In this document: in pieces, positions 21,199 to 32,147 of the stretch
Position numbering within the stretch: position 1 is the stretch's first letter
Layout: each line of letters begins with the position of its first letter
The notes under the pieces: model-generated
What the model was told of the DNA's origin: nothing
Databases searched by the model: none
What the model saw: only the letters and a program-made list of their open reading frames with translations
Position numbers and translations under genes: made by a program
DNA from: an uncultured cyanobacterium
GTDB taxonomy: Bacteria; Cyanobacteriota; Cyanobacteriia; Cyanobacteriales; Cyanobacteriaceae
DNA length: 64,000 nt
Reading direction: 5' to 3'
NCBI GenBank assembly: GCA_963710605.1
Contig: CAVQBA010000001.1
Location: 160,001-224,000, forward strand

Positions 21199-21486
21199 AT
21201 GACAAATTCTCAGGCACAATGGAAAATTGCAGACGAATCAGACAAGTATTTGATTTCTGAAGCTAATTCTTCGCTAGACATTCTCGTTAAAAAAGATACT
21301 AACCATACCGTTGACAAATCTGTAGCTAACCACGGCGACGCAAAAATTGTCTCTTACGCAGCAGGAGTATTAGAAGTAGTAATTATTGATGATGAAAAAT
21401 GTAGTTTACATTGTGCAGATATATGTACTTGGAAGATACCAAAAGAGTTTGCCACTCAAATAATTGATTTATTAGAGAAAGTTTAA
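21199..21486 (+). CDS. Hypothetical protein
   Basis: Likely ATG 21199 (MTNSQAQW) within track ORF 21151-21486; followed by a hairpin. Confidence 0.6.
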   Translation: MTNSQAQWKIADESDKYLISEANSSLDILVKKDTNHTVDKSVANHGDAKIVSYAAGVLEVVIIDDEKCSLHCADICTWKIPKEFATQIIDLLEKV

Positions 21487-21500
21487 AAATTTTTAAAACC

Positions 21501-21525
21501 TGATGTTAGGCTTTGTCTAACATCA
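21501..21525. terminator. Hairpin between convergent genes
   Basis: TGATGTTAGGC-TTT-GTCTAACATCA. Confidence 0.55.
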
Positions 21526-21627
21526 AAAATTTACCTTAAAACTTAAATAAAAAGAAAAGTAGCGATCGTTTTTAGATAAAAAATACTAAAAACGATCGTA
21601 ATTAAAAAAATAAATAGAAATTAATTG

Positions 21628-23358
21628 TTAATATTTTCTTTCTTTTGGTTGAAACATATTAACCACAACGGGCATATAATCAACATTTACCCCCGCCTCA
21701 TCAGAATAAGAAGCTAAAGTATGTCTGAGAAAATCACTATCATTTCGAGTTGGATAATCATCACGTGAATGAGCACCTCTACTTTCTTTGCGTTTGTAAG
21801 CAGAAGTTAAAATTATTTGCCCCACAATCATAATGTTTTGTAATTCCAGTGCTTCAACCAACTCCGTATTCCAACCTATTTCTTTATCATCAAGCCTTAC
21901 ACGATCGTATTTGCCTTTAATTTCACGAATTTGGTTTAAACCTTCATTCATGATCTCTTCTGTACGAAATACACCACAATGTTCGGTCATCGAATCTTGA
22001 AAATTTGTTTTGATTTGATGAATACGTAAATCACCTTCTTGGGCGAGTAAATCATCAATTCGTTGCTGAGCTTTTTCTAAATAATGTTTTTCATCGATTT
22101 TCGGTACAATCCGATTGACAACATATTCAGCGATCGCTTTACCAGTACGTCGCCCGTAAACCACACATTCTAGTAAAGAATTACTACCTAGACGATTAGC
22201 ACCATGCACTGAAACACAAGCACATTCACCAGCGGCGAAAAATCCCTCTACCAATTCATCTGCATTACGACGCACTCTGCCATCAGTATTGACAGGAATA
22301 CCACCCATACAATAATGAGCGGTTGGGCGTACAGGCATTGGCTGATAAACCGCATCGATACCTACTAAACGATGAGCTTCTTCCCAACAAAAAGGTACAC
22401 GACTCATGATTTTTTCTTTACCCATATGAGTCAAATCTAAATGCACATAATTACCACCGGCGGTGCCATCAGCATGAATACCTCTTCCTGCTTGTATTTC
22501 CAAAATAATCGCACGAGAGGTAATATCACGAGGTGCTAACTCCATTTGTTTCGGGGCATAATCTTCCATAAATCTTCTACCTTCGCTGTTACGTAGATAT
22601 GCACCTTCTCCTCTAACAGCTTCAGAAATCAAAACACCGACAGGATATAAACCAGTAGGATGAAATTGGACAAATTCCATATCTTCTAAAGGTAAACCAG
22701 AGGCGGCTGTCATTGCTAAACCATCACCTGTAGAAGCATAATCATTGGAAGTAGTATTAAATACTCTGCCGTAACCACCTGTTGCGAACATGACAACTTT
22801 CGCTCTAACTACTTCTAAATGTCCGTCAGCGATATTAAACATAACTACCCCTTTGGCTTGATTATCCTCAAGGATGAGTTGCATTACATACCATTCATCA
22901 TAAATTTGAACATTATTACAACGTAAATTATTAACTAATTCATGAAGCATTGCATGACCTGTTTTGTCTGCGGCATAACAAGTACGTTTGTGAGAATGTC
23001 CACCAAAAGCACGTTGAGCAATTTTGCCATCTTCTAAACGAGAAAATAAAACACCTAAATGTTCTAATTCGATAATCACCTCTGGTGCTTCTTTGGTCAA
23101 ATATTCAACCGCATCTTGATCGGCTAAATAATCTGAGCCTTTTACTGTATCGAAGGCATGGGCTTTCCAATCGTCTTCGGGGTCAACATTTTTTAAACTT
23201 GCGGCGATACCTCCTTGGGCGGCGACTGAATGAGAGCGTATTGGATGAGTTTTTGCGACTAAGCCAATATCTACACTACTGTTTTGTTTTTTTATTTCAA
23301 GGGCGGCACGACATCCTGCTAATCCACCACCAATAATAATTACGTCATGTTCTATCAT
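21628..23358 (-). CDS. sdhA: Succinate dehydrogenase/fumarate reductase flavoprotein
   Basis: GGGLAG, RSHSVAAQGG, QFHPTG, SEAVRGEG, HGANRLGSNSL. Confidence 0.96.
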   Translation of the reverse strand: MIEHDVIIIGGGLAGCRAALEIKKQNSSVDIGLVAKTHPIRSHSVAAQGGIAASLKNVDPEDDWKAHAFDTVKGSDYLADQDAVEYLTKEAPEVIIELEHLGVLFSRLEDGKIAQRAFGGHSHKRTCYAADKTGHAMLHELVNNLRCNNVQIYDEWYVMQLILEDNQAKGVVMFNIADGHLEVVRAKVVMFATGGYGRVFNTTSNDYASTGDGLAMTAASGLPLEDMEFVQFHPTGLYPVGVLISEAVRGEGAYLRNSEGRRFMEDYAPKQMELAPRDITSRAIILEIQAGRGIHADGTAGGNYVHLDLTHMGKEKIMSRVPFCWEEAHRLVGIDAVYQPMPVRPTAHYCMGGIPVNTDGRVRRNADELVEGFFAAGECACVSVHGANRLGSNSLLECVVYGRRTGKAIAEYVVNRIVPKIDEKHYLEKAQQRIDDLLAQEGDLRIHQIKTNFQDSMTEHCGVFRTEEIMNEGLNQIREIKGKYDRVRLDDKEIGWNTELVEALELQNIMIVGQIILTSAYKRKESRGAHSRDDYPTRNDSDFLRHTLASYSDEAGVNVDYMPVVVNMFQPKERKY

Positions 23359-23759
23359 TACGAAGCTCTTCTCAACTAATAACCATAATTGTCTATCTAT
23401 ATCCTGTTACACCTTAATAGGAAAATTCGACGATCGTTGATAATTCTTAACAGTTAAGAGTTAAAAGTCAGTAACAGGGTAGTTTCCGTTATCGGTAATT
23501 TAGTTAAGGGTATCTCCTCTAAATTCTTGGTTATCTACTAACTATTTAGCAGAGGGGTCGGAAATTTAGGGGGCTATTTATAGCGTTGGTTTGCCCCTCT
23601 CCAATTATCAGTTGCTTTCCTCCAACGATGGTTTGCCCCCCTAACCCCCCAATTCTGGGGGGAACAAGATTATATTATTGTCGTGGTTACTTACAGTTGT
23701 GGACACAATGTCCGTTATTATGGTCGCATCCTTCGTGGTTCAAACCGTATTTTAAATGG

Positions 23760-24779
23760 AGAGTCGATCGTTATGATCATGATTATGGTAATGGTGGCTT
23801 CTGCTAGTTGTCCTGTTGGTAAATCTTTGATTTCATAGGTGATGTCGATGTCAGTTTAAGGTAGGAGGGTTGACCAGATTTGTTTTACGCTACTATTAAG
23901 TTGATTAATTATTTGAGTATTTGAGTTATGGACAGAGAAGAATTGATCAGAAAATACGCTGGAACCGAAAGAGATTTCACGGGGCAGCGATTTGGAGTAG
24001 GATTGACCGACCAAATCATTAGAGGAGGAATCTACAGCAGAACTAATTTTAACGAAGGATTTTTTGAAAGTAGCTCTTTTATTGAAGTTGATTTGAGTTT
24101 TGCTGATTTCTCCCTTATTCGTATGTACGAAAGTTCCTTTATGAATTGTTTCATGGAAGGGACTGATTTTACTGCTGCTGAGTTTGGACAAGTGATTTTT
24201 AAAAATGTCAATCTTACTAAAGCTATTTTTAGAGGTGCTGTTTTTAGTGAGTTCGATTTTTCTCGTACCGATCTCAGTTATGTCGATTTTAGAGGAGCTA
24301 AAGATTTTGATTGTGTTGGTTTCAATGACGTCATCTTTTACGAAACTATTATGCCCGATGGTAGCATTCGTACTGATAATGTTTGAATTTGTATTATTAA
24401 TTTGAGAATTAGTGCGATCACGAAGTGGCAGCCGAAGGCTGATCGACGATCTTGTAGGGAACGGTTGAGCCTTGGAAGGCTTAATATAAATACGATACAT
24501 AAAACAAAAGCGAAACCCAACATTGAATACGATAAAGACATAAATTCGCAAAAGTAACATTCTCCCAAACTACTACGGAAGGTGCATTAAAATCAAGATA
24601 CTCACCAGAAACGAAAGGTATATCGGATTTCACACTCTCTTGATAAAAGTCATGAGGTATCGATCGTTGTCATTTGTAATAAATCCTTGACCAGCCAAAG
24701 CCGATAGATAATTATCATCCGTAGGGAGTAAATCAACCGTAAAATCAGTTAAAATTCGATATTTTTCAACTGTTGTCAT
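23760..24779 (-). pseudogene. Degraded 5' part of a large cyanobacterial protein gene, overlapping the pentapeptide gene antisense
   Basis: Fragments LAGQGFI, VWENVTFANLC, DRRSAF, QIWSTLL, DITYEIKDLPTGQLAEATIT in several frames. Confidence 0.45.
23928..24386 (+). CDS. Pentapeptide repeat protein
   Basis: MDREELIRKYAGTERDFTG start, A(D/N)LxxAxF repeats, ETIMPDGSIR end. Confidence 0.9.
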   Translation: MDREELIRKYAGTERDFTGQRFGVGLTDQIIRGGIYSRTNFNEGFFESSSFIEVDLSFADFSLIRMYESSFMNCFMEGTDFTAAEFGQVIFKNVNLTKAIFRGAVFSEFDFSRTDLSYVDFRGAKDFDCVGFNDVIFYETIMPDGSIRTDNV

Positions 24780-25028
24780 TATTTATTATTCATTGTTGAT
24801 AATTTTTTTTCTCATCTTACATAGATGGGCGAATCAGACAGAGTATTCTTCTAAGAAATGCTAAAATAGGTTATCTCAACACTTTATGACAGCAATTACC
24901 AAAAAAATAAACTAAAAATTCGTAACATAAGTTAACATAGATTTAAGAATACAAAAAAAATTAGCTCGTCATATTAACAAAAGTAATTGATAAAATAATT
25001 ATATATAGATAAGGAGACTGTAACAAGC

Positions 25029-26876
25029 GTGAGCAAAAATAACAAAAAATGGCGTAATGTAGGACTCTATGCAATTTTAGCAGTAGTGGTAGTAGCTTTG
25101 GGGACAGCGTTTTTAGACCGTCCACAAACTAATCAACTAAGCTGGAAATACAGTGAGTTTGTCAATGAAGTTGAAACAAATAAAGTAGAAAGAGTAAATC
25201 TAAGTGCCGATCGTTCTCAAGCGATCGCAACTTCTAGAGATGGACAACGTTACTTAGTTAATTTACCAAACGATCCAGAATTAATTGATATTTTATCTGA
25301 GAATAAAGTTGATATTTCCGTCTTACCTCAAAGTGATGACAGTTTTTGGTTGAGAGCATTAAGTAGCTTATTCTTCCCTGTATTGTTGTTAGTCGGTTTG
25401 TTTTTCCTTCTACGTCGTGCATCTAGTGGCCGTGGTTCACAAGCGATGAACTTCGGTAAATCGAAAGCACGGGTACAAATGGAGCCTCAAACACAAGTAA
25501 CTTTTAGTGATGTAGCGGGTATCGAACAAGCTAAATTAGAATTAACTGAGGTTGTTGACTTCCTTAAAAATGGCGAACGTTTCACAGCCATTGGTGCCAA
25601 AATACCTAAAGGTGTCTTATTAGTAGGACCTCCCGGAACTGGTAAAACCCTTCTAGCTAAAGCAGTTGCTGGTGAAGCTGGTGTACCTTTTTTCAGTATC
25701 TCTGGTTCTGAATTTGTCGAGATGTTTGTCGGTGTTGGTGCTTCTCGTGTTCGTGATTTATTTGAGCAAGCAAAACAAAACGCCCCTTGTATCGTCTTTA
25801 TTGATGAGATTGATGCAGTTGGTCGCTCTCGTGGTGCTGGTTTAGGTGGTGGTAATGATGAAAGAGAACAAACTCTTAACCAATTACTTACCGAAATGGA
25901 TGGTTTTGAAGGCAATACAGGTATCATCATCGTTGCGGCAACAAACCGTCCTGATGTATTAGATTCAGCTCTTCTACGTCCGGGAAGATTCGATCGTCAA
26001 GTAGTAGTCGATCGTCCTGATTATTCTGGTCGTGCCGAAATCCTTAATGTACACGCTCGTGGCAAAACTTTATCCGCTGATGTCGAGCTAGAAAAAATTG
26101 CTCGTCGTACCCCCGGATTTACAGGTGCAGATTTATCTAACTTACTCAATGAAGCCGCTATTTTAGCCGCTCGTCGTAATCTAACTGAAATCTCGATGGA
26201 TGAAGTTAATGATGCGATCGATCGTGTTGTAGCAGGGCCAGAGAAGAAAAATCGCATGATGAGTGACAAACGTAAGAAATTAGTCGCTTATCACGAAGCA
26301 GGACACGCTTTAATCGGTGCTTTAATGCCTGATTATGATCCGATTCAAAAAATTAGTATTATCCCCCGTGGACGTGCAGGTGGTTTAACTTGGTTTACTC
26401 CTAGTGAAGACCGTATGGAGTCGGGTTTATACTCTCGTACTTATTTACAAAACCAAATGGCAGTTGCTCTCGGCGGACGTATCGCTGAAGAAATTATCTT
26501 TGGTGAAGAAGAAGTAACTACAGGTGCATCTAATGATTTACAACAAGTTGCTCGTGTTGCTCGTCAAATGATTACTCGTTTTGGTATGAGTGAGCGTTTA
26601 GGACCTGTTGCTTTAGGTCGTCAAAATGATAACATGTTTATGGGGCGTGATATAGCTTCCGATCGTGACTTTTCTGACCACACAGCGGCAACTATTGATG
26701 AAGAAGTGACTCAATTAGTTAATCGTGCTTATGACAGAGCGAAACAAGTTTTAACCGAAAACCGTGATGTATTAGATAAATTAGCTAATATGCTCGTTGA
26801 GCAAGAAACTGTTGATGCTGATGAGTTACAAATCTTGTTAAGTAACAACGATGTCAAAATGGCAACTATTTCTTAA
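25029..26876 (+). CDS. ftsH: ATP-dependent zinc metalloprotease FtsH (FtsH3-like)
   Basis: [22 protein letters not shown], cyanobacterial [11 protein letters not shown]-terminus. Confidence 0.97.
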   Translation: MSKNNKKWRNVGLYAILAVVVVALGTAFLDRPQTNQLSWKYSEFVNEVETNKVERVNLSADRSQAIATSRDGQRYLVNLPNDPELIDILSENKVDISVLPQSDDSFWLRALSSLFFPVLLLVGLFFLLRRASSGRGSQAMNFGKSKARVQMEPQTQVTFSDVAGIEQAKLELTEVVDFLKNGERFTAIGAKIPKGVLLVGPPGTGKTLLAKAVAGEAGVPFFSISGSEFVEMFVGVGASRVRDLFEQAKQNAPCIVFIDEIDAVGRSRGAGLGGGNDEREQTLNQLLTEMDGFEGNTGIIIVAATNRPDVLDSALLRPGRFDRQVVVDRPDYSGRAEILNVHARGKTLSADVELEKIARRTPGFTGADLSNLLNEAAILAARRNLTEISMDEVNDAIDRVVAGPEKKNRMMSDKRKKLVAYHEAGHALIGALMPDYDPIQKISIIPRGRAGGLTWFTPSEDRMESGLYSRTYLQNQMAVALGGRIAEEIIFGEEEVTTGASNDLQQVARVARQMITRFGMSERLGPVALGRQNDNMFMGRDIASDRDFSDHTAATIDEEVTQLVNRAYDRAKQVLTENRDVLDKLANMLVEQETVDADELQILLSNNDVKMATIS

Positions 26877-27324
26877 TCGTTAATTTGTTAATTCAGTTCA
26901 TTCAAAGTTTTGGGTTGAATGGTATTCAACCCCTACAATATTAAAGACAAGAACGATCGTTTTTTACCTTAATCGGAGAAGACGATCGTTTTTTTGTTTG
27001 AAATGTCTAAATAAATCTTTAGATATAGTCATTTCAACTGGCAACTAACACAGTAATTATACTATTTCAGATGTGAGTACCCAAACCGCCTTGAATTATC
27101 ATTACATAGCACTCGTGCAAAGGTAAAATTCTTATATGGTAAAGATGAGTGTTTTTATACCATGTCCTAACCAACTCATTTTCTGCTCTAGTTTATTTTA
27201 ATAAACGTCACCTGTTAGCCTTGACAATTCATTGCAAGGCGGATTATAGGTACAAAAATAGCAAATTTTATTCTTTTTCTTGCCTGTATTTTTTTCTTGG
27301 CTGTAAACCCATTCATTATTAAAA

Positions 27325-27455
27325 GTCGAAGGGTGCAAACCTTCTTGGTGGACGTTCCCTTCTTGGTGAGCGTTCCCTTGCGACTTGCCGTCGTCGCGGG
27401 GTCTCACCGCTTGCGTCTTACGCCGACGCGGGCTTCCACCGCTTGCACCCCTACA
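27325..27455. repeat. REP-like hairpin with nested GC-rich small dispersed repeats
   Basis: GGGTGCAA...TTGCACCCCTACA arms enclosing CTTCTTGGTG..CGTTCCC x2 and CGCGGG..CACCGC x2. Confidence 0.7.
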
Positions 27456-27475
27456 TTTATTAATTATTAATTCTC

Positions 27476-27527
27476 AATTCTCACCGAAGACGTGCTTCGA
27501 TAAGGGATTCATCACGGGTTCTCAATT
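27476..27527. repeat. Small dispersed element CCGAAGACGTGC...AGGGATTCATC
   Basis: Copies at 54203-54260 and inverted at 48562-48650. Confidence 0.85.
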
Positions 27528-28972
27528 ATCCGACTGCCATCTTGAAGATAATTAACACCTTTAACAGCGATCGTATCTTGTGGTTGAAGCCCTGACTTGA
27601 TTTCGATCGTGTTATTATCAATAATCTCCCCTAACTCCACTTGTTGAGCTTTCACCGTCTGATTGTCTTGAACTAGAAAAACCCGACCGATACCATTATT
27701 TTGAGGAATAACTGCCTCTATTGGTACAGTTAAACGAGCCGATGTAGTCGTAACAATATCCGCCTGAACAAACATACCGGGTTTTAAACCCGCACCTGTA
27801 GGTAAATCAACATTAATAATTGCCTGACGAGATTCTTGCTCAATCACAGGATTAATATCTCTGACAATACCTGTCAAATTTAAGTTAGGGTTAGCAGTTG
27901 TTGAAATCTGTACTTTTTGTCCTGCCGTAATATTTTGTAATTGAGTTTCAGGTACTTTTACCTCTAACTCTAAACGACCATTTTGAATAATAGTTAATAA
28001 TTCCCTGCCACTAGAACCTGATACAATATCGCCAACTCTGGCATTACGCTGGGCAATAATACCGCCGACAGGAGCAGTCACGATCGTATCTTTTAGTCTT
28101 GTTTTAATTAAATTTACCCTAGCTTGTGCTTCTGCTACACTAGCTTGTGATTGAGCAACCACCTCAACTCTCGCTCCTTGTTGTAGTTGTTGTAACTGTT
28201 GTTGGGCTTCTCTTAATCTAGCTTGATTTCTTTGTAAAGACGATCTTTTCACTAATTCATCATTAACCACTTCATCGAGTCTATCTCGAGAAATAGCACC
28301 TTCTGCTTGTAAAGTACGATTACGTTGTAGTCTTACTTTAGCCAAATTTAAGTCTGCTTGGGCTTGAGCGATTTCTGATTTGACTACATTAATGTTTTCT
28401 TTTGCCCTTGCTATCTCTTCAATTCTTGAACCTGCTTTTATTTCTGCTAACCTTGCTTGTGTTTGCTGTACCCCCGCTTGGGCTTGTCTTAATTCAGCTT
28501 GTAGCACAGCGTCATCTAAACGCATAACGACTTGTCCTTGTTTAACACTATCTCCTTCATCCACTAATATCGTCTTAATTTGTAAACTGTTGGCTTGAGA
28601 CATAACAGGTACTAATTCATAAGCTAAAACTGTTCCTGTTGCCTCTACTTTGCTCTCTACATCCATTACCTCAGCAGTAGCGGTGGTGATGCTTTGACTA
28701 ATATTTGTTGAGGTGGTTTCTGACACTACTGGGGTTGATGACTCAGAATTTGGTTGCTGTGGGTTGATAAAACTCATTGCCACGATCGTACCTACAATAC
28801 CAACAATCATTCCGATCAGCAAATTATAGCTTTTTTTCGCTGGTTTATCAGGTTGAGGTTGTTCAATCAAACTATTCTGTGTCTGAGTTGGCGTTGGGGA
28901 GTTTTGTTCAGAAACAGCAGAATTAGTATTATTATTAAAATTAGATTGCTCGATCGGGGGTTGCTGACTCAT
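27512..28972 (-). CDS. Efflux transporter periplasmic adaptor (HlyD/MFP)
   Basis: TM anchor, VDEGDSVKQGQ, coiled coil, APVGGII, LKPGMF. Confidence 0.92.
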   Translation of the reverse strand: MSQQPPIEQSNFNNNTNSAVSEQNSPTPTQTQNSLIEQPQPDKPAKKSYNLLIGMIVGIVGTIVAMSFINPQQPNSESSTPVVSETTSTNISQSITTATAEVMDVESKVEATGTVLAYELVPVMSQANSLQIKTILVDEGDSVKQGQVVMRLDDAVLQAELRQAQAGVQQTQARLAEIKAGSRIEEIARAKENINVVKSEIAQAQADLNLAKVRLQRNRTLQAEGAISRDRLDEVVNDELVKRSSLQRNQARLREAQQQLQQLQQGARVEVVAQSQASVAEAQARVNLIKTRLKDTIVTAPVGGIIAQRNARVGDIVSGSSGRELLTIIQNGRLELEVKVPETQLQNITAGQKVQISTTANPNLNLTGIVRDINPVIEQESRQAIINVDLPTGAGLKPGMFVQADIVTTTSARLTVPIEAVIPQNNGIGRVFLVQDNQTVKAQQVELGEIIDNNTIEIKSGLQPQDTIAVKGVNYLQDGSRIIENP

Positions 28973-29459
28973 TTGTGGTATTTACTGTTAAATTAGTTTG
29001 AATCTGCAAAATTTTATACTTAGCAGTTGACTATTAATAAGATATAAGCACCATAAAAGAAACATTGAGATAATGTCTGAGTAACAAAGTAATTTATCTA
29101 ACAAACCGATTGTCAATTGTCAATTACTGTGTTTGTTTTCTTAAAAAGCAAATATTTTCAATCAACTTTTTTTTGTAAACTTTCATGTACTTATACTTAC
29201 TTATATTACACGAAAAAATTGGGGTTTGATGAATAAAAGGCGATCGTTTTCTATCTATAATTTGATAAGAATGAGTATTTAAAACTAAGAAAAGATCTTT
29301 GACGAGTTGAATTATCTAAAAAATAAGCAATTTAATATTAGACAAATTAGTAGGAAGAAGGAAGGAAAAAACAATCAGGAGATAGAAAGACAAGAAGTAC
29401 AAAAGTAAAAACGATCGACTATTAACCACTTGCCCATTGACGATAATTTATAGATTTTT

Positions 29460-29927
29460 TTATCCTTCAACCGTTTTGATATTTGTCTTAATAGAAGATA
29501 CGTTTTCATCCTCGTCCATAATTTCAGAAGGTTCGGTATATTCACCTGTCAAATGCTCACGTAAAAGAGCGGCGTTACGTAGATTCGCTTTGAAAGTAGC
29601 ATCAAAAATATCACCAAGAACAGGCACTGTACCGATAAAATAATCTAAAGCTGTATTCCCTGCCATACGTAAAATTTTACCATTAGGCATTTGCAGTTGC
29701 CATGCTTTCCAAATCATCCAAACAGAAGGAATTAAAACAAGTGTATCACCAGCCACAGGAACTAAACCAATAATAAAATCCCAACCGAAACGAAAAGGGG
29801 TAAAAGGAATACGATACTTGCCATCAAGAAGGCGGGCAACTCGTTCGACACTCTCTAATTCAGGATTTGTCGTAATTTTTTTTAGTTTGGTAGCAGAGGT
29901 GATTTTTGGTTGAATTTTTTTCTTCAT
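29460..29927 (-). CDS. DUF4112 family protein
   Basis: LLDGKYRIPFTPFRFGWDFIIGLVPVAGD, VPVLGDIFDATFKANLRN. Confidence 0.85.
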   Translation of the reverse strand: MKKKIQPKITSATKLKKITTNPELESVERVARLLDGKYRIPFTPFRFGWDFIIGLVPVAGDTLVLIPSVWMIWKAWQLQMPNGKILRMAGNTALDYFIGTVPVLGDIFDATFKANLRNAALLREHLTGEYTEPSEIMDEDENVSSIKTNIKTVEG

Positions 29928-30040
29928 CTTATTTACGGTGAGGTTTTGTCACCTTCTTATTATAATTTTTGCTCACACTTGACAAAACTACCAAAAGTAT
30001 GAGTTTTTGAAGAAAACAAACAGTGGAAAATAATTACTAT

Positions 30041-30098
30041 AACCCACATTGAATTGGGTCATTCAATGCTGACAAAATTCGTTTAATGAATTAAACTT
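30041..30098. repeat. REP-like flank of the Y1 transposase (left)
   Basis: CATTGAAT...ATTCAATGCT.ACAAAA hairpin; direct copy at 30718-30775. Confidence 0.7.
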
Positions 30099-30127
30099 AA
30101 AAAAATCAAAAATATAATCGATCGATT

Positions 30128-30558
30128 ATGCCGTTATGGAGATTACATTATCATATTGTCTGGGCGACTAAAAACCGAGAAGAGTTAATTGAGCCATCAC
30201 AAGAAACTCTCTTTATACAATTATATCAAACATCGATCGTCAGAATTTGGTTGTATTGTTCGTGCCGTTAATGGTATGTCCGAGGATATTCATGTAGTTA
30301 TTTCTATTCCACCGACGATCGCGCAGTGCCACATCTTTGATGTGATCGCTGTTTGTGAATATATCAGAAAAATTAAAGCTGGTAGTTCGACTTTTTTAAA
30401 TAAAGTATCGACTGAAAAGTTCGCTTGGCAAAATGGCTATGGTGTTTTTTCTAAAGTGCAAAAATAATTTATCTAAGGCTATTAATTATGTTAAGAAACA
30501 AAAAGAACATCATCAAAATAGTACGATTGTTAAAGTTTTAGAAAGTAGTCAACCATAA
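30128..30558 (+). mobile_element. tnpA: IS200/IS605-family Y1 transposase (TnpA/RAYT-like), disrupted
   Basis: LHYHIVWATKNRE, DIHVVISIPP, KAGSS, FAWQNGYGVFS, YVKKQKEHH; two frameshifts and a 27-bp insert. Confidence 0.85.
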
Positions 30559-30717
30559 TTTAGAAATGCAATTTTTAGTTCATGACAATGAACACTTCGA
30601 CTCTTGAGCGAGAGTGCGGGGCGACTCCTGTTAGCGATGACAATGTCAATTCAAGGTAGGTAAATAATTCAACATGGATGATTTAAAAATACTTATGTTA
30701 TTTTAGCTTTAATTCAT

Positions 30718-30775
30718 AATCCCGCATTGAATGAAGAATTCAATGCTCACAAAACCCTTTCAATAAATTGAACTG
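30718..30775. repeat. REP-like flank of the Y1 transposase (right)
   Basis: GCATTGAAT-GAAGA-ATTCAATGC hairpin followed by AATAAATTGAACT. Confidence 0.7.
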
Positions 30776-30802
30776 TATCAAGATTGTTTTTCGTTCAATA
30801 TT

Positions 30803-31438
30803 TTGATACACTTAAATAGTACTTTCTTACTACAAAAGAAGTGGAAATTTATGAATAGCAACATTCAAAAAATTAAACAGTTTTATTCTCAAGGTTATGA
30901 ACGCGTATATGACCAAGGAAAAGAATTAACTTTTACCCCTAAAAAATGGTCTTTTCATATTCATAACTTAGATTCAGAACTTGTCGAAGAATTATCAAAT
31001 GATGAACGGGTTGATGAACAGCTTGAGGAATATATCAATGCTTTAAGGTTTAATTTTGATTTAGAATTGATTTTAAACGGTATTAGCGGATTTGGTCTTA
31101 GAGACATTTTAGGGGAATATTTTGAAGATTTGGGAGGATATCGTTCGATAGCAGAAGTATCAAATGATACAACTGACTCTTTTGACTTTTATTACACGTA
31201 TGTGCAAGAAGAAGACTATGGAAATGTTTATGCTTTAACAATTATGGTAGAAGACCAAGAAACATTAATGATTAGAACTACTACAGATGGTAGTGACGGA
31301 TGGTTAGAAGTATTTGATGGACAAGGAAATTTTCTTGCATCTGCACGAACTGAAGGGTTTGGTATCGCTTGGAGAAGTTTAGATGAAGTTCGTGGATATG
31401 TTTTAGGAAAACCTCGGTATCCTGAAGAATTACAATAG
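30803..31438 (+). CDS. Acidic hypothetical protein (start probably 30851)
   Basis: 211-aa ORF, family not recognised. Confidence 0.65.
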   Translation: MIHLNSTFLLQKKWKFMNSNIQKIKQFYSQGYERVYDQGKELTFTPKKWSFHIHNLDSELVEELSNDERVDEQLEEYINALRFNFDLELILNGISGFGLRDILGEYFEDLGGYRSIAEVSNDTTDSFDFYYTYVQEEDYGNVYALTIMVEDQETLMIRTTTDGSDGWLEVFDGQGNFLASARTEGFGIAWRSLDEVRGYVLGKPRYPEELQ

Positions 31439-31507
31439 ACATAGTATCGATCGTATCTCAATAGCAAAATACGTTTTTTTAGTTCATTGTCATGAACTAA
31501 ATTAAAT

Positions 31508-31824
31508 TCAAACAGATTTTTCTAATGTTTTTTCAATTAAATTATTAACGCTAATACCTTGTTGTTGAGCTAATTGTAAAACTCGATTGTGTAAATCTGA
31601 AGAGATAGAAATATTTAATTCTTTTTTAGAGGGTTTATTCGGTATTTTATTTGACTTTTGACAATCTTCTAAATATTCATCAATTACATTCTGAAAAGAT
31701 TCTTCTAACTCATCACCGAAACACCATCAAACATAATAATATCTTGGATATTTATTACTCTACCAACAAAAATACGATCGATTTGATCGTATTCAATAAC
31801 CGCTTCATATCCCTTATATTTCAT
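31508..31824 (-). CDS. hicB: HicB antitoxin (frameshift near 31712)
   Basis: Manual translation MKYKGYEAVIEYDQIDRIFVGRVINIQDII...IDEYLEDC...GISVNNLI; ATGA overlap with hicA. Confidence 0.85.
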
Positions 31825-32075
31825 CGTTCAATTCCTCCGCTAATTAAAAATTCACGAACAGCTTTCACTTGATACAATTTTAATTCTTTTTGCGGGTGAG
31901 GCGAGTGAATATTGAGAGAAACATTATTCAAGTCAAAACGAACTCTAGAGCCATTGCCTTCGGTAATTGTACCACCAAGAGCCTTAACTAAAGTAACTAC
32001 ATCATCCCAGATAATATTACGCTTAATCGGGTTAGCAAATATGGCATCATAAGTTTTACGTTGTTTTTTATTCAT
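31821..32075 (-). CDS. hicA: HicA toxin
   Basis: EGNGSRVRF, HSPHPQKELKLYQVK. Confidence 0.9.
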   Translation of the reverse strand: MNKKQRKTYDAIFANPIKRNIIWDDVVTLVKALGGTITEGNGSRVRFDLNNVSLNIHSPHPQKELKLYQVKAVREFLISGGIER

Positions 32076-32147
32076 TATCTCATTACCACTATTTCTCTAG
32101 TGATTTTAAGAGATAATATCATATAGACCTATATAGATAATTTTTTT

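Noticed and set aside
27198-27407. 69-aa ORF with repeated GNAHQE motif, and the 34-aa N-terminal extension of ORF 60637
   Set aside because: Both are translations of small dispersed DNA repeats.
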